Source of the DNA: an uncultured Methylophilaceae bacterium | GTDB taxonomy: Bacteria; Pseudomonadota; Gammaproteobacteria; Burkholderiales; Methylophilaceae | DNA: 64,000 bases | Assembly (NCBI GenBank): GCA_963977845.1 | Contig: CAXBPZ010000001.1 | Span: 45,028-109,027, forward strand | Direction of reading: 5' to 3' | Part shown: one piece after another, positions 1 through 10,152 of the stretch | Layout of the letters: the number at the start of each line of letters is the position of its first letter | How positions within the stretch are numbered: the first letter of the stretch is position 1 | The notes under the pieces: generated by a model | Told to the model about the DNA's origin: nothing | The model's input: the letters and a program-made list of their open reading frames with translations, nothing else | Database searches by the model: none | Position numbers and translations under genes: made by a program

Positions 1-511
1 GGCACTCGCACTCTGCGAACCCTTTAATGTTTCCAATAACGCCATTAAAAAAGTCTTAGCCGAATTTGAAGCGCCACCTCATCGTATGGAATATGTAGAT
101 TCATTTTCAGGAATTGATTTTTATAACGATTCAAAGGGAACCAATGTAGGCGCTACAATTGCTGCGATAAAAAGTATGACTAAGCCAATTTTATTGGTCG
201 CAGGCGGGGATGGAAAAAATCAAAATTTTAGCCCTTTAATGCATGTGACTAAAGATAAAATCAAGCATGTAGCCTTGATTGGTGCAGATGCTGAGATTAT
301 GCAAAAAGCTTTTAGTGCTGCCGCTATTCCGAATCATATTGAAAAAAGTCTTGAAGATGCTATACATAAATCTTTTGAGTTAGCAAATAAGGGCGATGTA
401 GTTTTATTATCACCGGCTTGCGCAAGTACTGATATGTTTAAAAATTATGTAGAGCGAGGCAATCTTTTTAAAGCTTGTGTAAAGAAATTAAAAGAAAGTC
501 ATGTTAGATAA
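1..511 (+). CDS. murD: UDP-N-acetylmuramoyl-L-alanine--D-glutamate ligase, 3' part (5'-truncated by window edge)
   Basis: Frame is open from position 2 (ALALCE...FEAPPHRME). MurD motifs NDSKGTN and LLSPACASTDMFKNY..RG; first gene of the dcw run. Confidence 0.95.
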   Translation, partial: ALALCEPFNVSNNAIKKVLAEFEAPPHRMEYVDSFSGIDFYNDSKGTNVGATIAAIKSMTKPILLVAGGDGKNQNFSPLMHVTKDKIKHVALIGADAEIMQKAFSAAAIPNHIEKSLEDAIHKSFELANKGDVVLLSPACASTDMFKNYVERGNLFKACVKKLKESHVR

Positions 512-1655
512 ATTTTCCAATAAATCTCTTATTGACAAGCCCTCATTTGACTACGGTTTATTCTGGGTGTCTATGATATTAATTGGTATAGGGCTTGTGA
601 TGGTTTACTCTTCATCAATAGCTTTGGCTGAGACCGCTAAAAAATTTGGAAATTCTTCTTCATATTTTTTGATTAGACAAACCTTATTTATTTGTATTGG
701 GGCAGCCGCAGGATTTATCACTTTTTTAATTCCTATTCGTTGGTGGCAAAGGGTTTCACCTTATTTATTTTTAGGAGGCTTATTTTTACTTTTGTTAGTT
801 TTGATTCCTGGCATAGGCCATAAAGTCAACGGCAGTCGTCGCTGGCTATCACTCATAGTATTTAATTTACAGCCCTCAGAATTCATGAAGTTATTTGTTG
901 CGATGTATGCATCTGATTATGTACTTAGAAAGTCCAAAGAAATTGGTACTTTTTTAAAGGGATTTTTGCCCATGGCTTCTGCAATTATTTTAGTAGGCCT
1001 TTTGTTAATTAAAGAACCAGATTTCGGAGCGCTTGCTGTTATTTCTGTAATTGCAGCCTTAATTTTAATTTTAGGCGGCATTAATAAAAATATTTTATTT
1101 GGACTTCTTCTAGTATCTCCTGCTGCCATTTGGGCGATTATCCATGCAGCGACTTATCGTACGAGTCGGCTAAGCTTTTTAGATCCTTGGTCAGACTCTC
1201 TAACAAAAAACTATCAATTACAACATTCATTAATGGCTTTTGGTCGGGGGGAAATGTTTGGCGTAGGATTGGGCGGAAGTGTTGAGAAATTACTATACTT
1301 ACCTGAGCCTCACACTGATTTTATTTTGGCAGTATTAGCTGAGGAGCTTGGTTTTGTTGGGGTGCTTATAGTCATTGGCTTATTTTCTTGGCTAGTGATC
1401 CGCGCTTTTGGAATCGCTAAAGAAGCCATTATTAACGAAAATTATTATTCCGCACTTTTATCGCAAGGCATTGGTATTTGGTTTGGGGTTCAAGGCATTA
1501 TGAATATGGGAGTGAATATGGGACTTCTTCCTACCAAAGGTTTAACTCTGCCACTTTTATCATATGGTGGAAGTGGCATATTAGCCAACATGATTGCGCT
1601 TGCCATATTACTCAGAATTGACTGGGAAAATCGAAGAGGCTTAAGAGGAATCTAA
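501..1655 (+). CDS. ftsW: SEDS peptidoglycan polymerase FtsW
   Basis: Multi-TM protein with NGSRRWL, LQPSEFMKL, EPDFG, LPEPHTDFI, GLTLPLLSYGGS; lies between murD and murG. Confidence 0.96.
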   Translation: MLDKFSNKSLIDKPSFDYGLFWVSMILIGIGLVMVYSSSIALAETAKKFGNSSSYFLIRQTLFICIGAAAGFITFLIPIRWWQRVSPYLFLGGLFLLLLVLIPGIGHKVNGSRRWLSLIVFNLQPSEFMKLFVAMYASDYVLRKSKEIGTFLKGFLPMASAIILVGLLLIKEPDFGALAVISVIAALILILGGINKNILFGLLLVSPAAIWAIIHAATYRTSRLSFLDPWSDSLTKNYQLQHSLMAFGRGEMFGVGLGGSVEKLLYLPEPHTDFILAVLAEELGFVGVLIVIGLFSWLVIRAFGIAKEAIINENYYSALLSQGIGIWFGVQGIMNMGVNMGLLPTKGLTLPLLSYGGSGILANMIALAILLRIDWENRRGLRGI

Positions 1656-1659
1656 CTCT

Positions 1660-2733
1660 GTGAATTCGCATAAAAAAATATTAATAATTGCAGGAGGAAC
1701 TGGAGGACACATCTATCCTGGTATTGCAATTGCGGATTATTTAAAAGTTAAAGGCTGGTTGATTACTTGGCTTGGAACTTCCCATGGCATGGAAAATAAG
1801 TTAATCGAAAAAAAACTCTATGAAAAGGCAAATATTGATATTACTGGCATTCGAGGTAAAGGCCTTTTAAGTTGGATAAAACTACCATTTATGCTTTTAA
1901 TGGCATTAATACAATGTGCAAAAGTAATTAAAAAAGAAAAACCAGATATCGTGATTGCTATGGGAGGTTATGTGTCATTTCCCGGTGGACTTATGGCTAG
2001 ACTTATGGGGAAGCCACTTATTGTGCACGAACAAAATTCGATTCCAGGCCTTACTAATAAATTATTAGCAATAGTTGCAACAGAAATATATTCTGCTTTT
2101 CCAATTAAATTATTACGCGTCTCTCAAAAGATTGGTAATCCAGTCAGAGATTCTATTAGGCAAATCAAAACACCAATTCAAAGATTTAAAAATAGAAAAG
2201 GCCCATTGAGATTGCTTGTTGTAGGAGGAAGTTTGGGGGCCAAATTTTTTAACGATACGATTCCTTTAAGTATTAAAAAAATTCATCCTAAAAATAGACC
2301 AACTATTATTCATCAATCAGGTGAAAAACATTTTGAAGAATTAAAAACAAACTATAAGAAATATGGCATTAAGGCGGACTGCAGAGCCTATTTGGATCGA
2401 ATTGAAAAAGTGTACGAATGGGCTGATCTAGTTATCGCTAGAGCTGGGGCTCTTACGATATCAGAGTTTTCTGCTGCAGGAATTGCTAGCATCTTGGTAC
2501 CATTTCCTTTTGCTGTAGATAACCATCAATTTTATAATGCAAAATACTTAAGTGATAAGAAGGCTGCGCGACTTATAATTCAAGAGAACCTTTCACCCAA
2601 ATTATTAAGCCATCTCATAAATAGCATTTCAAGAAATGAATGTTTAAGAATGTCAAAAGCCGCATTAGAAAATAAAACAAAAAAACCTGAAGAGCTTATT
2701 CATCAAGCATGTGAGCGATTAATTAAAAAATGA
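1660..2733 (+). CDS. murG: Undecaprenyl-PP-MurNAc-pentapeptide GlcNAc transferase
   Basis: GGTGGHIYPG, GGYVS, HEQN, GNPVR, GGSLGA, RAGALT motifs. Confidence 0.97.
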   Translation: MNSHKKILIIAGGTGGHIYPGIAIADYLKVKGWLITWLGTSHGMENKLIEKKLYEKANIDITGIRGKGLLSWIKLPFMLLMALIQCAKVIKKEKPDIVIAMGGYVSFPGGLMARLMGKPLIVHEQNSIPGLTNKLLAIVATEIYSAFPIKLLRVSQKIGNPVRDSIRQIKTPIQRFKNRKGPLRLLVVGGSLGAKFFNDTIPLSIKKIHPKNRPTIIHQSGEKHFEELKTNYKKYGIKADCRAYLDRIEKVYEWADLVIARAGALTISEFSAAGIASILVPFPFAVDNHQFYNAKYLSDKKAARLIIQENLSPKLLSHLINSISRNECLRMSKAALENKTKKPEELIHQACERLIKK

Positions 2734-4121
2734 AACACAATATCAATCGAATTCACTTTATAGGTATTGGCGGCTCAGGTATGAGTGGTATTGCTGAGGT
2801 GATGCATAATTTAGGCTATTTTGTTTCTGGTTCCGATATTCAGGATTCGCCAGTCACAGCAAGATTAAAAGATCTTGGCCTTAAGATCTTTATTAATCAT
2901 GCCGCAGATAATATTAAAGATGTTGATGTCATTGTTATTTCTTCTGCAATCGATAAAGACAACCCGGAATTAATAGCCGCTATAAAAAATAAAATCCCTA
3001 TTATGCCAAGAGCAGAAATGCTCTCAGAATTGATGCGCTTTAAAAAAGGCATTGCTGTAGCCGGAACCCATGGCAAAACTACAACAACGAGTTTAATAGC
3101 TTCTATCTTGGCAGAGGCCTCAATGGATCCAACTTATGTGATCGGCGGAAGACTCTCTTCTTTGAATGCAAATGCCAAGTTAGGTAATGGAGAATATATA
3201 GTCGTTGAAGCAGATGAGTCCGATGCATCATTCTTACATTTAACCCCAGTCTATTCTATTGTGACAAACATTGATCAAGATCATATGGAAACATATGACA
3301 ATGATTTTGATAAACTTAAAAAAACATATATCGAATTTATTCATCGACTACCTTTTTATGGTGTTGTAATTGTGTGTATTGACGATCCCGTTATTAAATC
3401 AATTCTTCCAGAAATTTCTAGACCCATCATTACTTATGGATTATCAAATGATGCAGATGTTCATGCAGAAGAGATTCAGGCAGACGCAGGTAAAATGCAT
3501 TTTAAAGTGACCATTAAACATTCAGACGTTATTAAAACATCAATCACTTTGAATCTGCCTGGAAAGCATTATGTGAGAAATGCATTAGCAGCAATCGCTT
3601 TAGCTGATGAGCTTGAGATACCTATTTCTAAAACGATAGATGCTTTAAAACATTTTAAAGGTGTGGGTCGAAGATTCGAAACTTATAAAGATTTAATGTT
3701 TAATAAAAAATCTTTTACTCTGGTAGATGATTACGGACATCATCCTGTCGAAATAGAAGCTGTTCTTGATGCAGCGCGTGATGCTTATCCTAATAAATCG
3801 ATCTATCTTGTTTTTCAGCCTCATCGTTATTCTAGAACAAGAGATTGTTTCGAAGAATTTGTAAGAGTATTACAAAAAGCAGATAAAGTACTTCTTACCG
3901 ATATTTATTCAGCTGGTGAAAAAGCAATTCCAGGAGTAAGTTCTAAAGCAATAATGGACAGCATGAATAAAATCTCTAATAAGGTTTCTTTCGAAAAAGA
4001 CTATACAAGATTAGCTCGAATAGCACTTCAAGATATTGATCAAGATTCGATCTTAATAGTTATGGGTGCAGGTTCAGTAGGAAAAGTAACGAAGGATATA
4101 TTTAATATTTTAAACGCATGA
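2730..4121 (+). CDS. murC: UDP-N-acetylmuramate--L-alanine ligase
   Basis: GIGGSGMSG, GTHGKTTTT, EADESD, DDYGHHP, FQPHRYSR motifs. Confidence 0.97.
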   Translation: MKHNINRIHFIGIGGSGMSGIAEVMHNLGYFVSGSDIQDSPVTARLKDLGLKIFINHAADNIKDVDVIVISSAIDKDNPELIAAIKNKIPIMPRAEMLSELMRFKKGIAVAGTHGKTTTTSLIASILAEASMDPTYVIGGRLSSLNANAKLGNGEYIVVEADESDASFLHLTPVYSIVTNIDQDHMETYDNDFDKLKKTYIEFIHRLPFYGVVIVCIDDPVIKSILPEISRPIITYGLSNDADVHAEEIQADAGKMHFKVTIKHSDVIKTSITLNLPGKHYVRNALAAIALADELEIPISKTIDALKHFKGVGRRFETYKDLMFNKKSFTLVDDYGHHPVEIEAVLDAARDAYPNKSIYLVFQPHRYSRTRDCFEEFVRVLQKADKVLLTDIYSAGEKAIPGVSSKAIMDSMNKISNKVSFEKDYTRLARIALQDIDQDSILIVMGAGSVGKVTKDIFNILNA

Positions 4122-4996
4122 GAAATGTATTGATTTTAAAGAATGAATCATTGAATAAATATAATAGTTGGCGCGTTGGTGGCAGTGCTGATACTTTATT
4201 CACACCTAAAAATTTAGAAGATTTAAAAAATTTTTTGAAACAAGAAAAATATTTAAAGCCTCTTACTTTTATTGGATTGGGATCAAATATTTTGGTAAGA
4301 GATGGTGGAATTCGAGGAACAGTTATTGTTATGCATGCTGCTCTTAATGAAATCCAACTAAGTGATGATGGGGTATATGCTGAAGCAGGCAACACATGTG
4401 CAAAAATTGCGAAAACTTTAGCGAAAGAGCATTATGTCGGCGCAGAGTTTTTTGCTGGTATTCCAGGCACAATTGGAGGAGCGCTTGCCATGAATGCAGG
4501 ATGCTATGGCTCTGAAACATGGAATTATGTAGCCCGAGTGAATATGATCGATCAAGCGGGCAATTTAATCACAAGATCAAAAAGTGAATTTTTGATTTCC
4601 TATCGAGAGGTAGTTAAGCCCAAAATAAATGAGTGGTTTGTAGGCGCTTGGTTTAATTTTAAAAAAGATTTGGCAGCTGATCCAGAGAGCAAGATTAAGG
4701 AATATCTTAATCATAGAAAAAATACACAACCTCTTAATTGGCCCACTGCAGGTTCAACTTTTAGAAACCCCAAAGATACTTTTGCAGCAAAACTCATAGA
4801 GGAGTGTGGATTAAAAGGTTTTAGGGTGGGTAATGCAGAAGTATCTGATAAGCACGCAAATTTTATTATCAATTTGGGTGAAGCATCTGCAAAAGACATT
4901 GAAGATATTATTGAACATATAGAGGCTGAGGTATTTAAAAGAAAAGGTATTAAGCTTGAAAGGGAAGTCAAAATTTTAGGAGACTTTCTAAATTGA
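4118..4996 (+). CDS. murB: UDP-N-acetylenolpyruvoylglucosamine reductase
   Basis: GLGSNILVRDGG, GIPGTIGGALAMNAG, AGSTFRNP, VSDKHANF motifs. Confidence 0.96.
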   Translation: MRNVLILKNESLNKYNSWRVGGSADTLFTPKNLEDLKNFLKQEKYLKPLTFIGLGSNILVRDGGIRGTVIVMHAALNEIQLSDDGVYAEAGNTCAKIAKTLAKEHYVGAEFFAGIPGTIGGALAMNAGCYGSETWNYVARVNMIDQAGNLITRSKSEFLISYREVVKPKINEWFVGAWFNFKKDLAADPESKIKEYLNHRKNTQPLNWPTAGSTFRNPKDTFAAKLIEECGLKGFRVGNAEVSDKHANFIINLGEASAKDIEDIIEHIEAEVFKRKGIKLEREVKILGDFLN

Positions 4997-5901
4997 CTAA
5001 TAGCTTCGGAAAAGTGGCAGTGTTAATGGGGGGGGACTCCAATGAAAGAGCTGTTTCACTCTTAAGTGGTGATGCTGTAGTTCATGCTTTGAAACGCTTA
5101 GGAATTCAGGCAGAGGCTTTTGACCCCTCTGAAAGAGATATTGAGGAAATTAAAAACTATAGCAGAGTCTTTATAGCTCTCCACGGACGGGGCGGTGAAG
5201 ATGGTTCAATACAAGCTTTTCTAAAATCGAAAAAAGTTGCGTATACAGGGAGTGACGCTCTAAGTTCATCGATTGGTATGGACAAACTCAAGACAAAATT
5301 ATTATGGCGGTCACTTAATATTTCAACCCCAGATTTTTTACAAGTTACTGAGAAAACCTCCTATGTAGATATTGTCAATTCAATTGGCTCACCTTTTTTT
5401 ATAAAACCAGCTAATGAGGGTTCAAGTATTGGAATTGATAAGATCAAAAACGAACAACAATATAAAGATGTTTTTTTAAAGACATCAAAAATTGATTCAA
5501 ATGTAATTGTTGAAAAATTTGTTGATGGCGATGAATACACAGTGGCCATTGTTAATGATAAAACACTTCCAGTAATTAAAATTAAACCTAGCAACGAGTT
5601 TTATGATTATGAAGCTAAATACATAAAGGATGATACGCAATATATTTGTCCTTCAGGAATAGAAAAAGATAAAGAAGTATTAATAGCGCAAGAGGCATTG
5701 GAGGCTTTCCGAGTGCTTGGCTGTTCTAGTTGGGGTCGCGTAGATTTTATGATCAATCAACAAGGCCAACATTATTTTATTGAAGTAAATACTTCACCCG
5801 GCATGACAAGTCATAGCTTGGTTCCTATGGCCGCTAAAGAGATTGGTATTAATTTTGATCAATTAGTTTTAGAGATATTAAAAACTGCAGATGTTAAATA
5901 A
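4993..5901 (+). CDS. ddl: D-alanine--D-alanine ligase
   Basis: GGDSNERAVSL, LHGRGGEDG, KPANEGSSIG, YDYEAKY, EVNTSPGMT motifs; TTG start. Confidence 0.96.
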   Translation: MTNSFGKVAVLMGGDSNERAVSLLSGDAVVHALKRLGIQAEAFDPSERDIEEIKNYSRVFIALHGRGGEDGSIQAFLKSKKVAYTGSDALSSSIGMDKLKTKLLWRSLNISTPDFLQVTEKTSYVDIVNSIGSPFFIKPANEGSSIGIDKIKNEQQYKDVFLKTSKIDSNVIVEKFVDGDEYTVAIVNDKTLPVIKIKPSNEFYDYEAKYIKDDTQYICPSGIEKDKEVLIAQEALEAFRVLGCSSWGRVDFMINQQGQHYFIEVNTSPGMTSHSLVPMAAKEIGINFDQLVLEILKTADVK

Positions 5902-6625
5902 CTATTTAAAAATTTATTGGCTAGGCAATTTAGTTCTATTACTAAATATTATTTTAATTCTCTTTTTATTAAGCTATCGATTTATGCATTTCGCAAAATT
6001 TCCCATTAGAGAAATTAAAGTGATAGGACAGTATCAACATCTTGATGAAGATCAAGTTAGTATGATTTCTGATCGATTTGTAAAGGGCAATTTTTTTTCT
6101 TTAGATTTATATAGCACTAAGGAAGCGTTTACTAAATTACCTTGGATTAGAAATGTAAGTTTAAGAAGAGTCTGGCCAGACCGATTGGAAGTTTTTGTTG
6201 AGGAACATCAAGCTATAGGAAGGTGGGGTGCGATTGCTTTAGTGAATGAAAATGGTGAAATTTTTCATGGAGCTTCAGACGAAGATTTGCCACTTTTTTT
6301 TGGTCCGGAAGGAACGGAAAGCTATATAGCATTGGAGTACAAAAAAATGCAAAGTATTTTAGATAAAAAACAATTAAAAATTGCGCAAGTTTCCTTGTCT
6401 TCTAGGTACACTTGGGACATTAGAACAACTAATAATATGAAAATCATTTTAAGTAAAGATAACATCGAAGAGAATCTCAATCGCTTTATGTCTCAGTATG
6501 ACAATATTTTAGCCTCAGTTAAAAGAATTGGTTCGGCTGACTTAAGATATCCCAACGGTTTTGCTATTAAAAAATCTACGGAACCCATTCAAAAAATAGA
6601 TAGTGGTGAGAGGCCACTTATATGA
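5891..6625 (+). CDS. ftsQ: Cell division protein FtsQ
   Basis: N-terminal TM, POTRA region (LPWIRNVSLRRVWPDRL), C-terminal DLRYPNGFA; lies between ddl and ftsA. Confidence 0.92.
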   Translation: MLNNYLKIYWLGNLVLLLNIILILFLLSYRFMHFAKFPIREIKVIGQYQHLDEDQVSMISDRFVKGNFFSLDLYSTKEAFTKLPWIRNVSLRRVWPDRLEVFVEEHQAIGRWGAIALVNENGEIFHGASDEDLPLFFGPEGTESYIALEYKKMQSILDKKQLKIAQVSLSSRYTWDIRTTNNMKIILSKDNIEENLNRFMSQYDNILASVKRIGSADLRYPNGFAIKKSTEPIQKIDSGERPLI

Positions 6626-7860
6626 TTAAACAAAAAGAAGAAAAAAATCTCATTGTTGGTCTGGATATTGGAACATCTAAGATTGTAGCTATTGTGGCCG
6701 AGTTACAACCTGATGGATTATTGAATGTCATTGGACTAGGACAGCATAGTTCGAAGGGATTAAAAAAAGGTGTTGTCATCAACATTGATTCTACTGTGGA
6801 GGCCATTCAAAGAGCCATTGAAGAAGCGGAGCTCATGGCAAATTGTAAAATCACAGATGTGTATACAGGGATTGCTGGCAGTCATATTAAAAGCATCAAT
6901 TCACATGGCATGGTGAAAATTAAAGATACCGAAGTTTCACAATTGGATGTGGATAAAGTAATTGAGACTGCTTGTGCAATAACACTCCCTAATGACCAAC
7001 AAGTCCTTCATATATTAACTCAAGAATATGTGATTGATGGTCAGGAAGATGTAAGACAGCCACTTGGTATGAGTGGTATGAAATTAGAAGTGAAAGTTCA
7101 TATTGTGACAGGAGCGATTGCGGCCGCCCAAAATATTGTGAAATGTATTAAGCGTTGTGGTCTTGAAGTATCCGAATTAGTTTTACAACCTTTAGCATCA
7201 AGTATGGCAGTTCTTACAGACGATGAAAAAGAATTGGGAGTATGTTTGGTAGATATTGGTGGTGGTACAACTGATATTGCAGTATTAAGGCATGGATCCA
7301 TTAGACATACGGCAGTAATTCCGATTGCTGGTGATCAAATTAACAATGATATTGCAGTAGCATTTAGAACACCATTGCCATCAGCTGAAGAGATAAAAAT
7401 TAAACATGGCTACGCCGCAAGAAGTTTAGCTTCAGCCTCAGAACAAATTGAAATTCCTGTGGTAGATGGAAAAGAGTCTAAAACGATCTCAACACTCTCC
7501 TTAGCTGAAGTCATTGAAGCTCGATTAGTAGAGCTTTATGAGCTTGTTGCAAGTGAGTTGAAACGAAGCGGCATGGAAGATATGATAGCTTCTGGCATTG
7601 TGATTACAGGTGGTTCATCTTTAATGAAAGGTATGGTTAATCTCGGGGAGAGTGTATTCAGAATGCCGGTTAGAGTCGGCACACCAAGAAATGTTGGTGG
7701 CTTGTCTGAAGTTGTTGATAATCCGAGATATTCGACAGGTATTGGGTTGTTGCTTATGGGAAAAGGGCAGTTAGAAAAAGAGATGATGAATCAAATTGAT
7801 GGTAATTCAATAAATCAAATTTTCATGAGAATGAAAAATTGGTTTCAAGGTAACTTTTAA
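6622..7860 (+). CDS. ftsA: Cell division protein FtsA
   Basis: GLDIGTSK, DIGGGTTD, VITGGSS motifs. Confidence 0.97.
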   Translation: MIKQKEEKNLIVGLDIGTSKIVAIVAELQPDGLLNVIGLGQHSSKGLKKGVVINIDSTVEAIQRAIEEAELMANCKITDVYTGIAGSHIKSINSHGMVKIKDTEVSQLDVDKVIETACAITLPNDQQVLHILTQEYVIDGQEDVRQPLGMSGMKLEVKVHIVTGAIAAAQNIVKCIKRCGLEVSELVLQPLASSMAVLTDDEKELGVCLVDIGGGTTDIAVLRHGSIRHTAVIPIAGDQINNDIAVAFRTPLPSAEEIKIKHGYAARSLASASEQIEIPVVDGKESKTISTLSLAEVIEARLVELYELVASELKRSGMEDMIASGIVITGGSSLMKGMVNLGESVFRMPVRVGTPRNVGGLSEVVDNPRYSTGIGLLLMGKGQLEKEMMNQIDGNSINQIFMRMKNWFQGNF

Positions 7861-7875
7861 TTCTTGGAGATAGAT

Positions 7876-9027
7876 ATGTTTGAAGTTGTTGATAGCAAAT
7901 CACAAAATGCCATCATAAAAGTCATAGGTGTAGGTGGCTGTGGTGGGAATGCTATTGATCATATGATCGATAAGAATTTAATGGGCGTTGAATTCATCTG
8001 TGCTAATACCGATATGCAGGCTTTGAAAAAAAGTCGCGCAAGTCATATCTTGCAAATTGGACAAGCAATGACAAAAGGGCTAGGTGCTGGAGCTAAACCC
8101 GAAATTGGAAAACAAGCAGCTATAGATGATAAAGAAAAAATTATTAGTGCCATTCAAGGTGCTGATATGTTATTCATAACTGCAGGGATGGGTGGCGGAA
8201 CAGGTACAGGTGCTGCACCCGTTATTGCTCAAATTGCGAAAGAATTAGGTATTTTAACGATTGCAGTTGTCACAAAACCTTTTTTATTTGAAGGTAAAAG
8301 AACAGCAATAGCTGCAGATGGTATTGATGAATTAGTTCAGCATGTAGATTCTTTAATTGTCATTCCAAATGAAAAATTAATGGAAGTATTGGGCGAACAT
8401 ATTCCGTTTTTAGAGGCCTTTAACGCAGCCAATGATGTATTACATAATGCCGTATCAGGTATTTCAGAAATTATTAATAGCCCAGGATTAGTTAACGTCG
8501 ACTTTGCTGATGTGAAGACGGTAATGGGTGAAATGGGTATGGCTATGATTGGTTCTGGCGTCGCTCAAGGTGAGCATCGCGCATATAAAGCATCCCAAGC
8601 TGCGGTAGCAAGCCCACTTTTAGAGGATGTAAATTTAGTAAATGCGCGCGGTGTATTAGTAAACATTTCTGCAAGCAGTAAATTTACGCTGAAGGAATAT
8701 CATGAGGTTATGGAGACAATTAAACAGTTTGCAGCAATTGATGCTACTGTAATTGTTGGTAACGTGATTGATGAAGCTATGGGAGATTCTATTCGAGTCA
8801 CTGTAGTAGCAACAGGGCTAGCTCAAAATATAAAGCAGAGAATGCCTCGTATCGAGCCTAAGCCAATTACGCAAAATAGAATATCTGTGACAGAAGATGA
8901 GTCTATGAACGATGATGAGCTTAATGTGTTTAGTTCAAATGAGAATAGAGCTCAGGTTGAAATTATGAAAATGTCTGGTATGGAAGAATATGATATACCT
9001 GCCTTTTTAAGAAAAAAAGGCGAATAA
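7876..9027 (+). CDS. ftsZ: Cell division protein FtsZ (ATG 7876 preferred over the ORF-track TTG 7864)
   Basis: GGGTGTG tubulin signature and C-terminal DIPAFLRK; GGAG RBS at 7866-7869 precedes ATG 7876. Confidence 0.97.
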   Translation: MFEVVDSKSQNAIIKVIGVGGCGGNAIDHMIDKNLMGVEFICANTDMQALKKSRASHILQIGQAMTKGLGAGAKPEIGKQAAIDDKEKIISAIQGADMLFITAGMGGGTGTGAAPVIAQIAKELGILTIAVVTKPFLFEGKRTAIAADGIDELVQHVDSLIVIPNEKLMEVLGEHIPFLEAFNAANDVLHNAVSGISEIINSPGLVNVDFADVKTVMGEMGMAMIGSGVAQGEHRAYKASQAAVASPLLEDVNLVNARGVLVNISASSKFTLKEYHEVMETIKQFAAIDATVIVGNVIDEAMGDSIRVTVVATGLAQNIKQRMPRIEPKPITQNRISVTEDESMNDDELNVFSSNENRAQVEIMKMSGMEEYDIPAFLRKKGE

Positions 9028-9033
9028 GAATTA

Positions 9034-9987
9034 ATGATTAAACAGAGAACTATTCAAAAATCTGTCCAGACTTCCGGAGTGGGTCTTCATAATGGTGAAA
9101 AAGTAATAATGACCCTCAAGCCTGCTGAAGTTGATCAGGGTATTATTTTTCGTAGAATTGATCAAAAGAAAAATCATGAGGTGAGAGTAAGTCCTGAAGC
9201 GGTGAAGGATACGAAGATGTGTTCAGCTATTGGGCAAGATACATCGCGAGTAGCAACAGTTGAGCATTTAATGTCGGCATTATCTGCTGCTGGTATTGAT
9301 AATATTGTGATCGAATTAAATGGCTCCGAAGTTCCAATTATGGATGGGAGTTCAATTCCTTTTATTTATCTACTTCAAACTGCAAAAATTAAAGAGCAAG
9401 ATGCTCCCAAAAAATTTTTAATAATTAATGATGTGATAGAAGTTAAAGATAAGGATAAATGGGCAAGATTCGAACCCTATGAAGGATTTAAAGTTGACTT
9501 TACGATAGACTTCCCTCATCCAGTATTTAATGAGTCAACCAATAAAGTTGCTTTAGATTTTTATGATGAATCCTATGTAACCGAAATCAGTCGAGCACGA
9601 ACGTTTGGATTTATGCAAGAAGTTGAATATTTAAGAGCGAATGGATTGGCTAGAGGTGGATCGCTTGATAATGCGATTGTTTTAGATGAGTATAAAATTA
9701 TTAACTCAGATGGACTTCGCTACAACGATGAATTTGTGCGACATAAAATACTCGACGCTGTTGGCGATCTTTATATGTTAGGTTATTCAATCATAGGCAT
9801 TTTTAAAGCATATAAATCAGGCCATGAGTTAAATAATAAATTATTACTTGCATTATTATCAAATAAAAAAAGCTGGAGTCTAACGACTTTAGATAGCAAA
9901 GATCCTAAGACTTCAAATTTGGCATCACGCTATATAAATTCTAAGAGCGAAATTTTAAATCAAGCAATAGCGGGAGTTTACCAATGA
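9034..9987 (+). CDS. lpxC: UDP-3-O-acyl-GlcNAc deacetylase
   Basis: TVEHLMSAL and HKILDAVGDL zinc motifs, KSGHELN. Confidence 0.97.
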   Translation: MIKQRTIQKSVQTSGVGLHNGEKVIMTLKPAEVDQGIIFRRIDQKKNHEVRVSPEAVKDTKMCSAIGQDTSRVATVEHLMSALSAAGIDNIVIELNGSEVPIMDGSSIPFIYLLQTAKIKEQDAPKKFLIINDVIEVKDKDKWARFEPYEGFKVDFTIDFPHPVFNESTNKVALDFYDESYVTEISRARTFGFMQEVEYLRANGLARGGSLDNAIVLDEYKIINSDGLRYNDEFVRHKILDAVGDLYMLGYSIIGIFKAYKSGHELNNKLLLALLSNKKSWSLTTLDSKDPKTSNLASRYINSKSEILNQAIAGVYQ

Positions 9988-10145
9988 ATATTTTAAGATT
10001 TTGTATCTTTTTATTGCTCGCAATATTAGTAGCTTTAACTTTTTTATATTTGAATACAAAGAATAAGAAATATATAAAGTATTTAAAGCTTACAACTAAC
10101 ATCACATTAATTTTGATTCTTATATTTATAATAAGAATGCTTTGA
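9984..10145 (+). CDS. Small two-TM membrane protein, 53 aa (not in ORF track)
   Basis: Hand-translated MNILRFCIFLLLAILVALTFLYLNTKNKKYIKYLKLTTNITLILILIFIIRML. ATGA overlap with the lpxC stop; fills the lpxC-10153 gap almost exactly. Confidence 0.7.
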   Translation: MNILRFCIFLLLAILVALTFLYLNTKNKKYIKYLKLTTNITLILILIFIIRML

Positions 10146-10152
10146 GATCATC

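Noticed and set aside
1140-1240. Small divergences in the FtsW periplasmic loop (YRTSRLSFLDPW, TKNYQL)
   Set aside because: The catalytic HTDF motif is intact; within plausible drift for an AT-rich lineage.
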